Positions 20,852 to 30,305 of a stretch of 64,000 bases of DNA are shown here, in pieces. The position numbers were made by a program, and so were the translations under genes. Below the pieces are notes generated by a model. It saw only the letters and a list, made by a program, of their open reading frames with translations. It ran no database searches and had not been told where the DNA came from. This DNA comes from Corynebacterium sp. (GTDB lineage Bacteria > Actinomycetota > Actinomycetes > Mycobacteriales > Mycobacteriaceae): the NCBI GenBank assembly GCA_034091885.1, contig JAXFXA010000052.1:2963-66962 (forward strand), given 5' to 3'. Within the stretch, counting starts at the first letter, position 1, and every line of letters starts with the position of its first letter.

Positions 20852-21787
20852 TTAGATGCCTTTCTCAGCCTCATACTCAGCAATAATCTTCTTCAGCTGT
20901 TTATACAGCGCAGGGCCATACACTTCATTATGTAATCCCACGTCTACATTCGCAGGAATATAGCCCCCTGGGTTACCCAGATCATGGCGCTTGCCGTGAT
21001 GTACGACTACATGGACGGGGTGGCCTTCTTTAATCAAAAGCTCAATGGCATCAGTAAGCTGCAGCTCGCCCCCCTTGCCTGGGGTAATCCGGCGCAAGGC
21101 ATCAAAAATCTTCCGGTCCAACAAGTATCGTCCCGTAGCCACGAGGGTCGAGGGGGCGTTTTCCGGTTCCGGCTTTTCCACCATGCCCACGACCTTTTTA
21201 ACGTCGGAGGCATCGGTGTCTTCGATATCAAACACACCGTAGTTGAAGGTCTGCTCCTTTGGCACCTCAAATGCCAGCAAAACAGATCCACCCTTTTCTG
21301 CCCGCACACGTGCCATTTCTAAAAAGGCGGTATTTGGAAGCACGATGTCATCGGGCAACATGACGCCAAAAAACTCTTCATCAGCGTCCAGAACATTCTC
21401 AGCCAAGCTCACAGCATGACCTAGGCCGAGAGGCTTTTGCTGTTCCACAGCGATGGGCTGTATGAGCTTGTGGGCACGCTCTACTTTGCGAACTTGGTCT
21501 TCCTTGCCGCGGCCAGCAAGCGTTTCCACCAACTTAGGAAAGGCTTCAAAGTGGCGCATGACCTCTTGTTTTTCCGGCGCAGTGATAATCGCTAGCTTCT
21601 CTGCGCCGACGCCTGCGGCTTCTTCTGCGATGAGTTCAATGCCGGGAGTATCAACTACCGGGAGGAGTTCTTTAGGAACAGTCTTCGTCGCTGGCAAAAA
21701 ACGCGTTCCCATTCCTGCGGCGGGGACAACCACGGTATGGATACCGGACTCCGCAGCAGTGTCAACACTTCCTTTTTCATTAGCCAT
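20852..21787 (-). CDS. galU: UTP-glucose-1-phosphate uridylyltransferase
   Basis: VVPAAGMGTRFLPATKTVPKELLPVVD, PLGLGHA, MVEKP, GELQLTDAI. Confidence 0.96.
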   Translation of the reverse strand: MANEKGSVDTAAESGIHTVVVPAAGMGTRFLPATKTVPKELLPVVDTPGIELIAEEAAGVGAEKLAIITAPEKQEVMRHFEAFPKLVETLAGRGKEDQVRKVERAHKLIQPIAVEQQKPLGLGHAVSLAENVLDADEEFFGVMLPDDIVLPNTAFLEMARVRAEKGGSVLLAFEVPKEQTFNYGVFDIEDTDASDVKKVVGMVEKPEPENAPSTLVATGRYLLDRKIFDALRRITPGKGGELQLTDAIELLIKEGHPVHVVVHHGKRHDLGNPGGYIPANVDVGLHNEVYGPALYKQLKKIIAEYEAEKGI

Positions 21788-21835
21788 AATGACCAGCTTA
21801 CATTCCTCACCTTTGCCGCCGACGTTGCCACTACG

Positions 21836-22447
21836 ATGAAACCCATGACCGGAGAAAACAAGCAGCAAAGGCACAAGCAACGCCTCCGTGCGCAGTTTCT
21901 GAGCGACCGCAAAGCCTATGCCGCAGGCACGCAACCCTTGCTTGCCGATGCCCCCAAGGCCCAACTAGATACCTCCCTTCTGGCGCATCTGCGCAGTGTG
22001 GTTGCGGGCAAAAACATCGCGGCGTATTCGCCATTACCCAGTGAACCCGGCGGTAAAGATTTTGTTTCGAAGCTTCATGACTGCGCCGCCTCAGTTTTGT
22101 TACCCATGGCACATGACTCCGGTGAGATGACGTGGAGTTACTTCGATCCACAACAACCGCTCGTGCCCGGCGCGCTGGGCATTTTAGAGCCAGTGGGGCA
22201 GACCTTTGATAGTTCAATTTTGAGTACGTGTAACATCGTTGTGATGCCCGCTCTCGCTGTCGATTCTCGCGGCTACCGCTTAGGCAAAGGCGCCGGTTAC
22301 TACGATCGCGCGCTCGTACATACCCACGCCGTGCTGCTGGCCGCGGTTTATCCTTGGGAATACGTGAAAGATCTCCCCTATGAACACCATGACAAGCCCG
22401 TCGACGGTATAGTCACCGGCGAGTCTGTGACATGGATTTCACAGTAG
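21836..22447 (+). CDS. 5-formyltetrahydrofolate cyclo-ligase
   Basis: PALAVD...GYRLGKGAGYYDRAL, HDKPVDG; divergent from galU. Confidence 0.92.
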   Translation: MKPMTGENKQQRHKQRLRAQFLSDRKAYAAGTQPLLADAPKAQLDTSLLAHLRSVVAGKNIAAYSPLPSEPGGKDFVSKLHDCAASVLLPMAHDSGEMTWSYFDPQQPLVPGALGILEPVGQTFDSSILSTCNIVVMPALAVDSRGYRLGKGAGYYDRALVHTHAVLLAAVYPWEYVKDLPYEHHDKPVDGIVTGESVTWISQ

Positions 22448-22548
22448 ATACTTAGCCGCTTAGATGCTAAGTGCTTAATTAATGAGACTTTGTTAACTTT
22501 TCTTCACTGACGGGAACCTTGGCTAAGTTTTCTCAGTCCATTATTTAT

Positions 22549-23271
22549 ATGAATCCACGCACTAAACGCCTGCACTCACGTACTCTTTCTAGACGCCATT
22601 CAAACCAACGCCGTCTACACCGGCACAGCACACACCACTCCCCGCGCTGGGTACGAACGCTTTTGACACCAGGCTATCGCCGAACTTTGCTACTGCGACG
22701 AATCATCGCTGGACTTTTGCTTTTCAGTGCCATTGCCCTCGCTCTTAGCAGTGCTCGCGACAACCCCGAGGTCTTAGTCTTTGCCCATGATCTGAGTCCA
22801 GGCAGTGAAGTCACTGAAGCTGATATCACAATCAAACGCCTGCCCGCTGCGGCGATACCGTCTGGCAACATTCCCCATAGCGAGGTAGACATCGTTGGTT
22901 TAGTCACAGCCTCCCACGTCACCGCCGGTGAGATCGTGACCATGGAGCGGTTCATAGGAGAAGAACTCATTTCCGTCTTAGTACCAGAGGGGAATCTAGT
23001 TCCTCTCAAACTAGCTGAACCTGCCGTTGCTGCCTTGTTACACCATGGAGACACCGTCAGTGTTGTCACAGCCACAGACACTGCCTCGGAAGTTATCGCC
23101 GCAGGGGCACGCGTAGTCAGTATCAATGCAGGTACCGAACAACGAGCTTCGAGCACTGCCACAGTTTTGTTGGCTCTGGCCCCTCACGAGGCAGAAGCTG
23201 TGGCGGCGGCATCATTAAGCGCGCCACTGACCGTTGTCATTACGGGTGCTCGTGCAGGCTATGGAAGCTAA
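22549..23271 (+). CDS. SAF domain-containing membrane protein
   Basis: TM segment followed by VLVFAHDLSPGSEV...VTAGEIVT SAF-like domain and a CpaB-like tail; start uncertain. Confidence 0.75.
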   Translation: MNPRTKRLHSRTLSRRHSNQRRLHRHSTHHSPRWVRTLLTPGYRRTLLLRRIIAGLLLFSAIALALSSARDNPEVLVFAHDLSPGSEVTEADITIKRLPAAAIPSGNIPHSEVDIVGLVTASHVTAGEIVTMERFIGEELISVLVPEGNLVPLKLAEPAVAALLHHGDTVSVVTATDTASEVIAAGARVVSINAGTEQRASSTATVLLALAPHEAEAVAAASLSAPLTVVITGARAGYGS

Positions 23272-23388
23272 AACTATCGCCCCTAAGTGTTGGCAATCAC
23301 AAATCCCGTACCCGACTTTCGTTTTTACACGGCAATGAATAAGGTCGATATGTCAACAAATACTTTTCTCCGAAAGGGAATTTTTATA

Positions 23389-23853
23389 ATGCTCAAAGGT
23401 TTCAAAGAATTCATCATGCGTGGTAACGTCATCGAACTCGCAGTCGGTGTCATCATCGGCGCTGCGTTCACTGGAATTGTTACCTCCATCACCAGTTCTC
23501 TGATTCAACCTCTCATCAACTCTTTCGGCTCCGCTGACATGACTGGCTTGGGCTTCCAGATCACCTCTAACCCAGAGACCTTCGTTGACTTTGGTGCAGT
23601 CATTACCGCAATCATCAACTTCCTGATCATTGCTGCCGTTGTATACTTCTGCATCATTGCGCCAATCAACAAGCTCAACGAAGCAGCAGCTCGTCGTCTG
23701 GGAGCAAACGAGGACCCAGAAAAGCCAGCTCCAACCACCGACGAGTTGCTGGCAGAAATCCGCGACTTGCTGGCTAACCAGAACATTCAAGCCAATAACG
23801 TCACTGGCACCGTCACTAACCCAGCGCAGCCATACAACGGTCTAGAGGGCTAA
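23389..23853 (+). CDS. mscL: Large-conductance mechanosensitive channel
   Basis: MLKGFKEFIMRGNVIELAVGVIIG...LLAEIRDLL. Confidence 0.96.
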   Translation: MLKGFKEFIMRGNVIELAVGVIIGAAFTGIVTSITSSLIQPLINSFGSADMTGLGFQITSNPETFVDFGAVITAIINFLIIAAVVYFCIIAPINKLNEAAARRLGANEDPEKPAPTTDELLAEIRDLLANQNIQANNVTGTVTNPAQPYNGLEG

Positions 23854-23905
23854 GTTCTTTCATCGCCTAGTTTCTACTGGCGAAAATTGCTGCCACTAAG
23901 AATAA

Positions 23906-23936
23906 AATGCTCGCTGACTTTCGGTCAGCGAGCATT
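23906..23936. terminator. Intrinsic terminator between convergent mscL and a small ORF
   Basis: AATGCTCGCTGAC-TTTCG-GTCAGCGAGCATT, 13-bp stem. Confidence 0.8.
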
Positions 23937-23963
23937 CTTGGTTTTCTGTAGGAACTCACAGTT

Positions 23964-24167
23964 CTACAATTTTGATTCATAATGCGGCGGCCTTTGTTCT
24001 TCCCAAAAAGCCTTCGAACTTCGCGCCAGGTCACGCTCAACGCATTCGGGATCTGCTCCCCTTTGTAAATTATCACCGGGAAAAAAGGAATCATTGCGGT
24101 CGGCACTACGGTCGTAGTCAGAAGCATCAGAAGGCCTAAATGCCCTCCTGCGCTGCGAACGTTGCAT
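23964..24167 (-). CDS. Small conserved hypothetical protein
   Basis: RRRAFRPSD...FWEEQRPPHY pattern recalled for small actinobacterial proteins downstream of mog; start uncertain. Confidence 0.6.
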   Translation of the reverse strand: MQRSQRRRAFRPSDASDYDRSADRNDSFFPGDNLQRGADPECVERDLARSSKAFWEEQRPPHYESKL

Positions 24168-24223
24168 CACACCACCTCGACAAATTCTCATTCTGCGACC
24201 ACAAAGAGTCTTTAAGAGTGTCC

Positions 24224-24817
24224 TTAAACGCTGTACTCTTGCAGCTGGTCAATCAAGTGATGTACCAGTGGAGTAAGAGTTGCCATACCGTCGCGAATAG
24301 CCGCACGAGATGACGCCAGATTGACAATGACGGTGGAACCAGAAACCCCGGCAATTCCACGCGATGTGCAGGCATCGACAGCTCCACAAGCCTGCCCCGA
24401 TGAACGCAGCGCTTGGGCTACGCCCGGAACCATTTGATCTAATACGCTGCGAGTTGCTTCAGGCACCTTGTCACGCGGACCAACTCCGGTACCGCCAACT
24501 GTAAGAACTAGATCAACGCCGCCAACGATTGCAGTCTCCACTGCTTGGCGGATCTTTGATTTCTTGAGTCGCACCGTCACGGCACCATCGACAGTAAATC
24601 CGGCCTCAACCAGCAATTCCGTACACAAATCAGCATTGCTTTGGGCACCACTGCTATCAGGGTGATCCGTGCACAACACAATGAGTGCTCGGCGATGCGC
24701 CTTAAGTGTCAGTTCTTGTTCTGCAGCGAACATATAAGCGTCATCGGGCTCATCAAGATCGAGCAAAATCGTGGATTTCAGGTCCTCGGGCGGAATCGGC
24801 GTGTTTGTATTGGTCAT
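24224..24817 (-). CDS. MogA/MoaB family molybdenum cofactor protein
   Basis: LTVGGTGVGPRD, VPEAT, SRGIAGV, IVNL. Confidence 0.9.
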   Translation of the reverse strand: MTNTNTPIPPEDLKSTILLDLDEPDDAYMFAAEQELTLKAHRRALIVLCTDHPDSSGAQSNADLCTELLVEAGFTVDGAVTVRLKKSKIRQAVETAIVGGVDLVLTVGGTGVGPRDKVPEATRSVLDQMVPGVAQALRSSGQACGAVDACTSRGIAGVSGSTVIVNLASSRAAIRDGMATLTPLVHHLIDQLQEYSV

Positions 24818-24941
24818 AAAATTACCTGCTTGCAAAACATCGAAAGTGAGCGGCACCAGCTCAAAGGCTAGAAGCCAGGCACGTCTGCCAGGAACAAAAT
24901 AGTTAACGAGCCTGAACTTGTACAGTTACTAACTTGGTAAC

Positions 24942-26132
24942 TTATTCCTGTGAAAGCGTTACTTCTACTTCTCGAGGGTTAGCTCCCTCTGCATCGGTAA
25001 CCTGCAACGTAACTTTTTCGCCAAATTCATGACTGCGTATGGCCGCTATCAAACTATCTGCATTGTCAATAAGACGATCATTGACACGGGTAACCACATC
25101 GCCATCGGCAAGCCCTGCCTGTGCAGCGGCACTATCTGGCTCTACTCCGACAATGCGCGCACCATGAATGTTGGCGCGACCGTCAACCTGAATACCTAGC
25201 ATAGGGTGGACAACACGGCCTGTATTGATCAGCTGGTCAGCCATACGTCGCGCAAAGTTAGCGGGAATTGCAAAACCCAAGCCAATGGAGCCTGCAGTAT
25301 CAGTTGAACTCGATAGCGATGCAATCATCGAGTTCATTCCCACCAATTTTCCAGACATATCCACCAAAGGACCTCCGGAATTGCCGGGGTTAACAGCGGC
25401 ATCGGTCTGGATGGCATCGATAAGCGAGGACTCCCCGCCGCCTTGAGAAGCGCGCACTGGGCGATTCAAGGCTGACACGATGCCAGACGTGACGGTGGCA
25501 TTGAGACCTAACGGGGAGCCGACGGCTACGACCTGCTGGCCTACGTTTAGGTCAGCAGAGTCACCAAACTCCAAGAAAGGCAGATTGGAGACACCCTCGA
25601 TCTGAATAATGGCAACATCGGTATTCGCATCCGAGGCCACAAAGCGCGCGTTATGAATGGAACCATCATTCATGCTTACTTGAATGCGAGCATTTTCTCC
25701 CCCAGCCACAACGTGGTGGTTGGTCAGGACGTACCCGTCAGGAGAAATAACTGAGCCAGAGCCTTCCGATGCCGACGCCTGCGACATAACCTGAATGGAA
25801 ACAACCGCTGGCAGCACCCTTGACGCGACCGCCTCAATGGATCCTTCCGGTGCTGCAGAGTGCGCGGCGTTGTTATTGACCGGCTGACTCTGCAAAATTT
25901 CATTGACTGTAGTCGTGTTGTCGCCGGAATTGCTGCCCACGACATAACCAGTCACGCCTCCCGCACCAATACCAGAAACGAGCATCAAAGCTAAGGCAGT
26001 CCCTAAACCAACGCTGCGCTTGGCCTTGGGCTGCGCCGTCACGGTCGAAGGCTGGGAATTATTAGGCGTGCCCCAGCTTTGGTAAGGATTGGTCGTGTTG
26101 TTGGGGAGGTTCTTGGGTTCGTCAAAGTTCAT
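24942..26132 (-). CDS. htrA: HtrA/PepD serine protease (TM-trypsin-PDZ)
   Basis: LTNHHV (His), TDVAI (Asp), GNSGGPL (Ser), C-terminal PDZ. Confidence 0.94.
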   Translation of the reverse strand: MNFDEPKNLPNNTTNPYQSWGTPNNSQPSTVTAQPKAKRSVGLGTALALMLVSGIGAGGVTGYVVGSNSGDNTTTVNEILQSQPVNNNAAHSAAPEGSIEAVASRVLPAVVSIQVMSQASASEGSGSVISPDGYVLTNHHVVAGGENARIQVSMNDGSIHNARFVASDANTDVAIIQIEGVSNLPFLEFGDSADLNVGQQVVAVGSPLGLNATVTSGIVSALNRPVRASQGGGESSLIDAIQTDAAVNPGNSGGPLVDMSGKLVGMNSMIASLSSSTDTAGSIGLGFAIPANFARRMADQLINTGRVVHPMLGIQVDGRANIHGARIVGVEPDSAAAQAGLADGDVVTRVNDRLIDNADSLIAAIRSHEFGEKVTLQVTDAEGANPREVEVTLSQE

Positions 26133-26287
26133 AAAAAGTATTGTGCCCTGCGTTGCTTATCTACTTCTGGAAGACATCTAATGGTTAGGAAACGACTTTC
26201 TGAGAGAATCCTGTCAATGCCTGTGCTTCAACTATAGTTCACTGCTAGCCGGACCTTCGTCGAATACCTCTACCCCACACAAAGTAA

Positions 26288-26319
26288 AAACTCGCTATCC
26301 GTAAACAGATAGCGAGTTT
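26288..26319 (-). terminator. Terminator of rpmE-rpmF
   Basis: AAACTCGCTATC-cgtaaaca-GATAGCGAGTTT with A/T tracts. Confidence 0.8.
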
Positions 26320-26346
26320 AAAAACTTTAAGTAAAAGAAAGAGCAA

Positions 26347-26520
26347 TTAGAACTGCTCTACGTCTACCAAACCAAGCTTTGCAGCCTTGACCAAACGACG
26401 TGGAATGCGAACGGTCTGACCATCGATGGTGACCTCTTGCAGAGCAACGTTGTCTGCCTTCCACTGCGAACGACGAGAGTGAGTGTTCGCACGGGACTTA
26501 CGGAACTTAGGAGTTGCCAT
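26347..26520 (-). CDS. rpmF: 50S ribosomal protein L32 (not in ORF track)
   Basis: Manual translation [57 protein letters not shown] (57 aa). Confidence 0.97.
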   Translation of the reverse strand: MATPKFRKSRANTHSRRSQWKADNVALQEVTIDGQTVRIPRRLVKAAKLGLVDVEQF

Positions 26521-26535
26521 TGTCTTCTATCCTCC

Positions 26536-26802
26536 TTACGCCTTCTTCTTACGACGAGCCATTGCACCGAAGCGCTGGTTGAACTTCTCAACGCGGCCTG
26601 CGGTATCCATGACGCGCTGTGCACCGGTCCAGAATGGGTGGGACTCTGCGGTCACATCAACGACGATGAGTGGGTACTCATTGCCGTCTTCCCACTCAAC
26701 AGTGCGGGAAGATGTAGCGGTGGACTTGGTCAGGAACTGGTTACCAGTACCAGCATCCTGGAAGACCACTGGGTGGTAATCCGGGTGGATATCCTTCTTC
26801 AT
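26536..26802 (-). CDS. rpmE2: 50S ribosomal protein L31 type B
   Basis: [16 protein letters not shown]...[10 protein letters not shown]; no Cys. Confidence 0.97.
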   Translation of the reverse strand: MKKDIHPDYHPVVFQDAGTGNQFLTKSTATSSRTVEWEDGNEYPLIVVDVTAESHPFWTGAQRVMDTAGRVEKFNQRFGAMARRKKKA

Positions 26803-27117
26803 AGTTATTCGATTCCCTCAGGGTTGAAACTTCAGGTCGGTTCCGCACAAGATTGCGATAGTCCGGATCGTGCCTGAGTTGGGTCTCTAATTCTGACAAT
26901 GGTTCACCGGCAAACAATCTGCACCAACGCACAGATCAAACCTCCGATAAACAACTTGAACAATCATACAGGTAAACCTACATTTTTAAAAATAGCTTCC
27001 CCGCATGTTCACTCCTGCCACAGTAACACCTACTTTGCCAGCCCATGAATGTAGGCCCTTACCCAACAAAACACAGTTCACACAGGGTAATGGACATCTA
27101 TCCACATAACGCGAGGC

Positions 27118-27636
27118 TTATAACGCAAGCTTTTTCCATTTCCTAATTCTCGTCCTGAAGGTTCCAAATGGAGCAACCGTATTGACGTGGATAAATTTAT
27201 AAACCTCCCATACCGCTGTTTTGGTCGCGTTATCCGCCCATTTCCTCATATGGGGCTTAAATAATTCTTCTTCACTCATTGAATCTATTAACCCACACAC
27301 GGACGCAACATTTTCGCCGAGCATTGACCTCAATTCGTTTAGTGATAAATGCGCGTACTGCTGGTTAAACCACTGGTACAGCTCGCCGAGCTGATTCCAA
27401 CGAAAACTACCTGAAGGCGTCTTCACGTCTAGACCTTTTCGCTCATCAGTCTCCCATTTAAGAACGAGAGTGGTCCACCCGACTTGATAAGCAAGGTTCT
27501 CGGCCGGGGTCCGGTCGACGCCTTCAATGCGTTTATCTTTTAGCAAATCTGGAATGTCATCAAATTCTGAGATGTATTTTTCAAAAGTTTTAACTATCTC
27601 AGATTTCAATTCCTCTTTGTTCGCATAATTCCTCAT
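27118..27636 (-). CDS. ClbS/DfsB family four-helix bundle protein (DUF1706)
   Basis: KEELKSEI, TPAENLAYQVGW, FRWNQLGELYQWF, IHVNTVAPF; AT-rich relative to its flanks. Confidence 0.88.
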   Translation of the reverse strand: MRNYANKEELKSEIVKTFEKYISEFDDIPDLLKDKRIEGVDRTPAENLAYQVGWTTLVLKWETDERKGLDVKTPSGSFRWNQLGELYQWFNQQYAHLSLNELRSMLGENVASVCGLIDSMSEEELFKPHMRKWADNATKTAVWEVYKFIHVNTVAPFGTFRTRIRKWKKLAL

Positions 27637-27763
27637 TTATTCTCCTTCGCATAATTCCTCATTTATTCTCCCCTGAAACCCCAGATCCTAAAACCCCAGG
27701 TCCAAAATACGCATTCCATTGATAATCATGACTCTCTAGAATGATAATCATGACTCTCTAGAA
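27620..27763. repeat. Cluster of three tandem duplications (26 bp x2, 15 bp x2 imperfect, 22 bp x2)
   Basis: TTCGCATAATTCCTCATTTATTCTCC at 27620/27646; AAACCCCAG(A/G)TCC(T/A)A at 27676/27691; TGATAATCATGACTCTCTAGAA at 27720/27742. Confidence 0.95.
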
Positions 27764-28212
27764 TTCAACTAATTCCAGACCGGAGCGGCCATCTTGCCGA
27801 CTCATTTAAGAGCATTCAAAAGCAAAACAGACTCCGTTTAAAAGCAATAGATTTAAATGCAATAGACAAAAACCTACGCTTTAACCTATTTGAAATGAGT
27901 TACTGCTCATAAGTTTCACCTAGATACTTCGACCAATTGTGTTTCGGACATAGTTTCCAACTCCGGCCCGCACGAAGCTAGCGATTAGGTAAATAACGAT
28001 AAACCCTGTAAGATTTGCCCTTGCTGTTGTCACATTGTACGTTTTACGCCCCGTCTACTGGTTTAAGACAGCTAGCGCAACATGATTCTTTAACCTCACC
28101 TCACTTTCTAAAGAATCTGATGAACAGCGGGTTTCCCGCTAAGTAGTCTTAGATTTCGTTGCAGCAAGCGTCTTAGTAGCCATGATGTGGGCGGCTAGGA
28201 GAAAGAAAACCC

Positions 28213-28449
28213 ATGTCGGCTATTTGCCAGGTAACGGGCCGCCAGCCGAGCTTCGGCAAGCAGGTCTCGCACTCGCACCGCCGCACCTCGCGCCGTTGGA
28301 ACCCCAACGTGCAGCGTCGTCGGTACTACCTGCCCTCCGAGGGCCGTACCATCACCCTGAATGTTTCTACCAAGGGCATCAAGATCATCGACCGCGACGG
28401 CATTGAGTCCGTTGTCGCGAAGATCCGAGCACGTGGGGAGAAGATCTAA
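28213..28449 (+). CDS. rpmB: 50S ribosomal protein L28
   Basis: [15 protein letters not shown]...[14 protein letters not shown]. Confidence 0.97.
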   Translation: MSAICQVTGRQPSFGKQVSHSHRRTSRRWNPNVQRRRYYLPSEGRTITLNVSTKGIKIIDRDGIESVVAKIRARGEKI

Positions 28450-28451
28450 AG

Positions 28452-28616
28452 ATGGCACGTAACGATATCCGTCCAATTATCAAGCTCAAGTCCACTGCGG
28501 GCACTGGTTACACCTACGTGACCCGTAAGAACAAGCGCAACAACCCAGACCGTATTTCTTTGATGAAGTTCGATCCGGTAGTCCGTAAGCACGTCGAATT
28601 CCGCGAGGAGCGATAA
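28452..28616 (+). CDS. rpmG: 50S ribosomal protein L33 (not in ORF track)
   Basis: Manual translation [54 protein letters not shown]. Confidence 0.97.
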   Translation: MARNDIRPIIKLKSTAGTGYTYVTRKNKRNNPDRISLMKFDPVVRKHVEFREER

Positions 28617-28619
28617 TCT

Positions 28620-28925
28620 ATGGCTAAGAAGTCTAAGATCGCCAAGAACGAGCAGCGCAAGGAAATCGTCGCCCGCTACGCGGAGCGTCGCGCTGAGCTC
28701 AAGGCAATTATTAAGAACCCGAACACCTCTGACGAGGACCGCCTGGACGCACAGTTCGAGCTGAACCGTCAGCCACGCGACGCATCTCCGTCCCGTGTCC
28801 GTAACCGCGACGCCCACGATGGTCGTCCACGTGGTTACCTCCGCAAGTTCGGCTTGTCCCGTGTCCGTATGCGCGGCATGGCTCACCGTGGTGAGCTGCC
28901 GGGCGTCCGTAAGTCCAGCTGGTAA
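28620..28925 (+). CDS. rpsN: 30S ribosomal protein S14 (long, Cys-free form)
   Basis: [10 protein letters not shown]...[23 protein letters not shown]...LPGVRKSSW. Confidence 0.97.
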   Translation: MAKKSKIAKNEQRKEIVARYAERRAELKAIIKNPNTSDEDRLDAQFELNRQPRDASPSRVRNRDAHDGRPRGYLRKFGLSRVRMRGMAHRGELPGVRKSSW

Positions 28926-28940
28926 AGGGGTGTTGCAACA

Positions 28941-29189
28941 ATGAAGCGCAATAACCAGAAGAAATTCCGGATGGAGCAGACTCGCCGTCCGAAGAAGAAC
29001 CCACTCAAGGCAGAGGGTATTGAAAAGGTGGACTACAAGGACACCAAGACCCTGCGTCTGTTCATCTCCGACCGCGGCAAGATTCGTTCCCGCCGCGTCA
29101 CCGGTTTGACCCCTCAGCAGCAGCGTCAGGTTGCTACTGCGGTCAAGAACGCACGCGAAATGGCTCTCCTGCCGTTCACCACCCGCTAA
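28941..29189 (+). CDS. rpsR: 30S ribosomal protein S18
   Basis: [26 protein letters not shown]...AREMALLPF. Confidence 0.97.
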   Translation: MKRNNQKKFRMEQTRRPKKNPLKAEGIEKVDYKDTKTLRLFISDRGKIRSRRVTGLTPQQQRQVATAVKNAREMALLPFTTR

Positions 29190-29259
29190 ATTAACTCGTA
29201 GCCGGGTGACCAACAGCTTACTTTTGCCGTTGGCTTTCACGTGAATGGCAAAACTAAAG

Positions 29260-29296
29260 AAAGTGCCGATATTGCTTCATGCAGTATCGGCACTTT
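29260..29296 (+). terminator. Terminator of the rpmB-rpsR operon
   Basis: AAAGTGCCGATA...TATCGGCACTTT followed by a T-rich tract. Confidence 0.85.
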
Positions 29297-29392
29297 TCTT
29301 ATCCACTTTTTCTTTTATCTGTCGTTCAACTAAAATCTTGCACGTAATCGTTTGCACTCCGGCAAGCATGTGAACAGGAAGTAGAAGCAATC

Positions 29393-30175
29393 ATGGCACT
29401 TCACTCCTCTTTGGTGGAACTTGCGCATCAGGCACCTCGACTCGACGTCCCTGCCGCAGCCCGCGGTGTATTGGCCGAAGCACAAGAGTTATTACGCAAC
29501 GCGCTATTACACCGCGAGGATGAGGTGGAGTTAGCGGCGTGGTTTTCTCGCCTCATTATTGACGTCGTTCGCTCCCCCGCGGTAAGCAGCCCTGTCCTCC
29601 TTACGGGTGCGGTTGCTCGGGGCGATGCTTTGCCTACTATCCCTGTGACATGGATTGGTGAAGACCCCAACCTAGGTCAACTTTTGCGTTCTGCCGATCT
29701 TGACGGACACAGTGTGGACGAATCATCCGTTGCGCGGCGTGTTGATGCCGGGCTTCGCGTGGGCGCCGGAGGTGAAGAGGCGTTGCTCGCGGAGGCGTTA
29801 CAGAAGCGCCCACCAGCTGTCACATTAATTGACGGTTTGCCAGACCGGAATGCACCGGTTGATATCCAAGCACACCTGCTCAGTCCTATCGCAGCAATTG
29901 CTAGGTGGGCCGCCCCTGCCCCACGTCCTACGTTGGACCGGATTTCCATTGCGGTTGAGCGCGGATTGTTCCGCGCCTCTGAGGGCGAAGTGCTGTCAGC
30001 AGCGTGGCAGACCGGTATGAGTATTGAGGCGCGGCGGTGGATGGATCATGCGACCAATCGCGAATGTCGTTTTGATAGCTTGCCTGCACTCCACCGCACG
30101 GCGTATGGCGCCGCAAGTCGCGGGGTTGCAGCAACTTTTACTGCCATCGCGGCCCGCGAATGCGCAGCAGACTAA
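29393..30175 (+). CDS. Putative nucleotidyltransferase substrate-binding (DUF294-like) protein
   Basis: LTGAVARGDA and IAAIARWAA...PTLDRI patterns; upstream of amtR. Confidence 0.6.
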   Translation: MALHSSLVELAHQAPRLDVPAAARGVLAEAQELLRNALLHREDEVELAAWFSRLIIDVVRSPAVSSPVLLTGAVARGDALPTIPVTWIGEDPNLGQLLRSADLDGHSVDESSVARRVDAGLRVGAGGEEALLAEALQKRPPAVTLIDGLPDRNAPVDIQAHLLSPIAAIARWAAPAPRPTLDRISIAVERGLFRASEGEVLSAAWQTGMSIEARRWMDHATNRECRFDSLPALHRTAYGAASRGVAATFTAIAARECAAD

Positions 30176-30305
30176 TTATTTTCCCGCCATCGAGCTAGAT
30201 GGTCAATTGCTCAAGAAAGTTTTACACAGGGACGTCAATAGTGAACGCGACAGCTAGTCGCGTATATTTAACCATTGATAGTTTCACAAGGAGGACATAC
30301 GTTCT

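Noticed and set aside
26347-29189. Cys-free ribosomal proteins as an alternative Zn-starvation ribosome operon
   Set aside because: These forms of L28/L31/L32/L33/S14/S18 at this locus are the normal corynebacterial set; no convincing full Zur box was seen upstream of rpmB
28446-29240. 264-aa minus-strand ORF
   Set aside because: Antisense shadow of the highly codon-biased rpmG-rpsN-rpsR genes
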